Program-made: the position numbers and the translations under genes
Assembly: GCA_964551545.1 (NCBI GenBank)
Contig: CAZKCT010000006.1
Location: 1 to 61,499, forward strand
Source of the DNA: an uncultured Piscirickettsiaceae bacterium
Lineage (GTDB): Bacteria > Pseudomonadota > Gammaproteobacteria > GCF-002020875
DNA: 61,499 nt
Reading direction: 5' to 3'
The notes under the pieces: generated by a model
Database searches by the model: none
What the model was told of the DNA's origin: nothing
The model's input: only the letters and a program-made list of their open reading frames with translations
Shown: positions 61,446-61,499 of the stretch, piece by piece
Layout: each line of letters opens with the position of its first letter
How positions within the stretch are numbered: position 1 is the stretch's first letter

Positions 61446-61499
61446 CGGGGTGTAGCGCAGCCTGGTAGCGCGTCTGCTTTGGGAGCAGAATGTCGGGGG
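61446..61499 (+). tRNA. tRNA-Pro (anticodon TGG), 3' end cut off by the window edge
   Basis: The 5' part reads cggggtgtagcgcagcctggtagcgc. The anticodon arm is tctgc-ttTGGga-gcaga. The layout is similar to E. coli proM. Confidence 0.8.

Overview
This is a Gammaproteobacteria-type chromosomal window, about 57-60% GC in spot counts on single 60-nt lines. Almost all of it is conserved housekeeping synteny. In order it contains: a solute-binding protein, sensor kinase and receiver module; ftsH-folP-glmM; tpiA-secG-tRNA-Leu(GAG); a complete 14-gene nuoA-N operon with nuoC and nuoD unfused; initiator tRNA (metY)-rimP-nusA-infB-rbfA-truB-rpsO-pnp; surE-pcm-yqaA-like-nlpD-rpoS; an Mth938-like gene (minus strand); aminotransferase-hom-thrC; recJ-prfB-lysS, with the classical +1 frameshift in prfB; cvpA-purF-metZ; a DUF455 gene; lpxH-ppiB-ppiA (minus strand); cysS; folD (minus strand); and the 5' part of tRNA-Pro(UGG). 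The one clearly accessory region is an AT-richer island of about 7.2 kb (approx. 40855-48090, 42-43% GC in spot counts). It lies between the thrC terminator and a probably 5'-truncated gene upstream of recJ. I saw no integrase, transposase or flanking tRNA. The island carries a translationally coupled four-gene operon (41027-47414). Its genes encode a 1227-aa MukB/MksB/JetC-like SMC-type ABC ATPase, a 214-aa MukE/JetB-like protein, a 407-aa protein with no motif I recognise (it sits where a kleisin would be expected), and a compact 279-aa Toprim protein resembling the JetD C-terminal domain. A vapBC toxin-antitoxin pair follows. The operon looks like a Wadjet/MksBEFG-type SMC defence system, but the gene order is permuted (SMC first) and the partner proteins are shortened. 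It is my main candidate for a divergent or undescribed system. Secondary observations are two near-symmetric palindromic elements of about 166-168 bp that bracket the rpoS gene pair. One of them sits exactly on the nlpD stop codon. All assignments come from reading the translated ORFs and the DNA by eye. No HMM, BLAST or folding computation was run.
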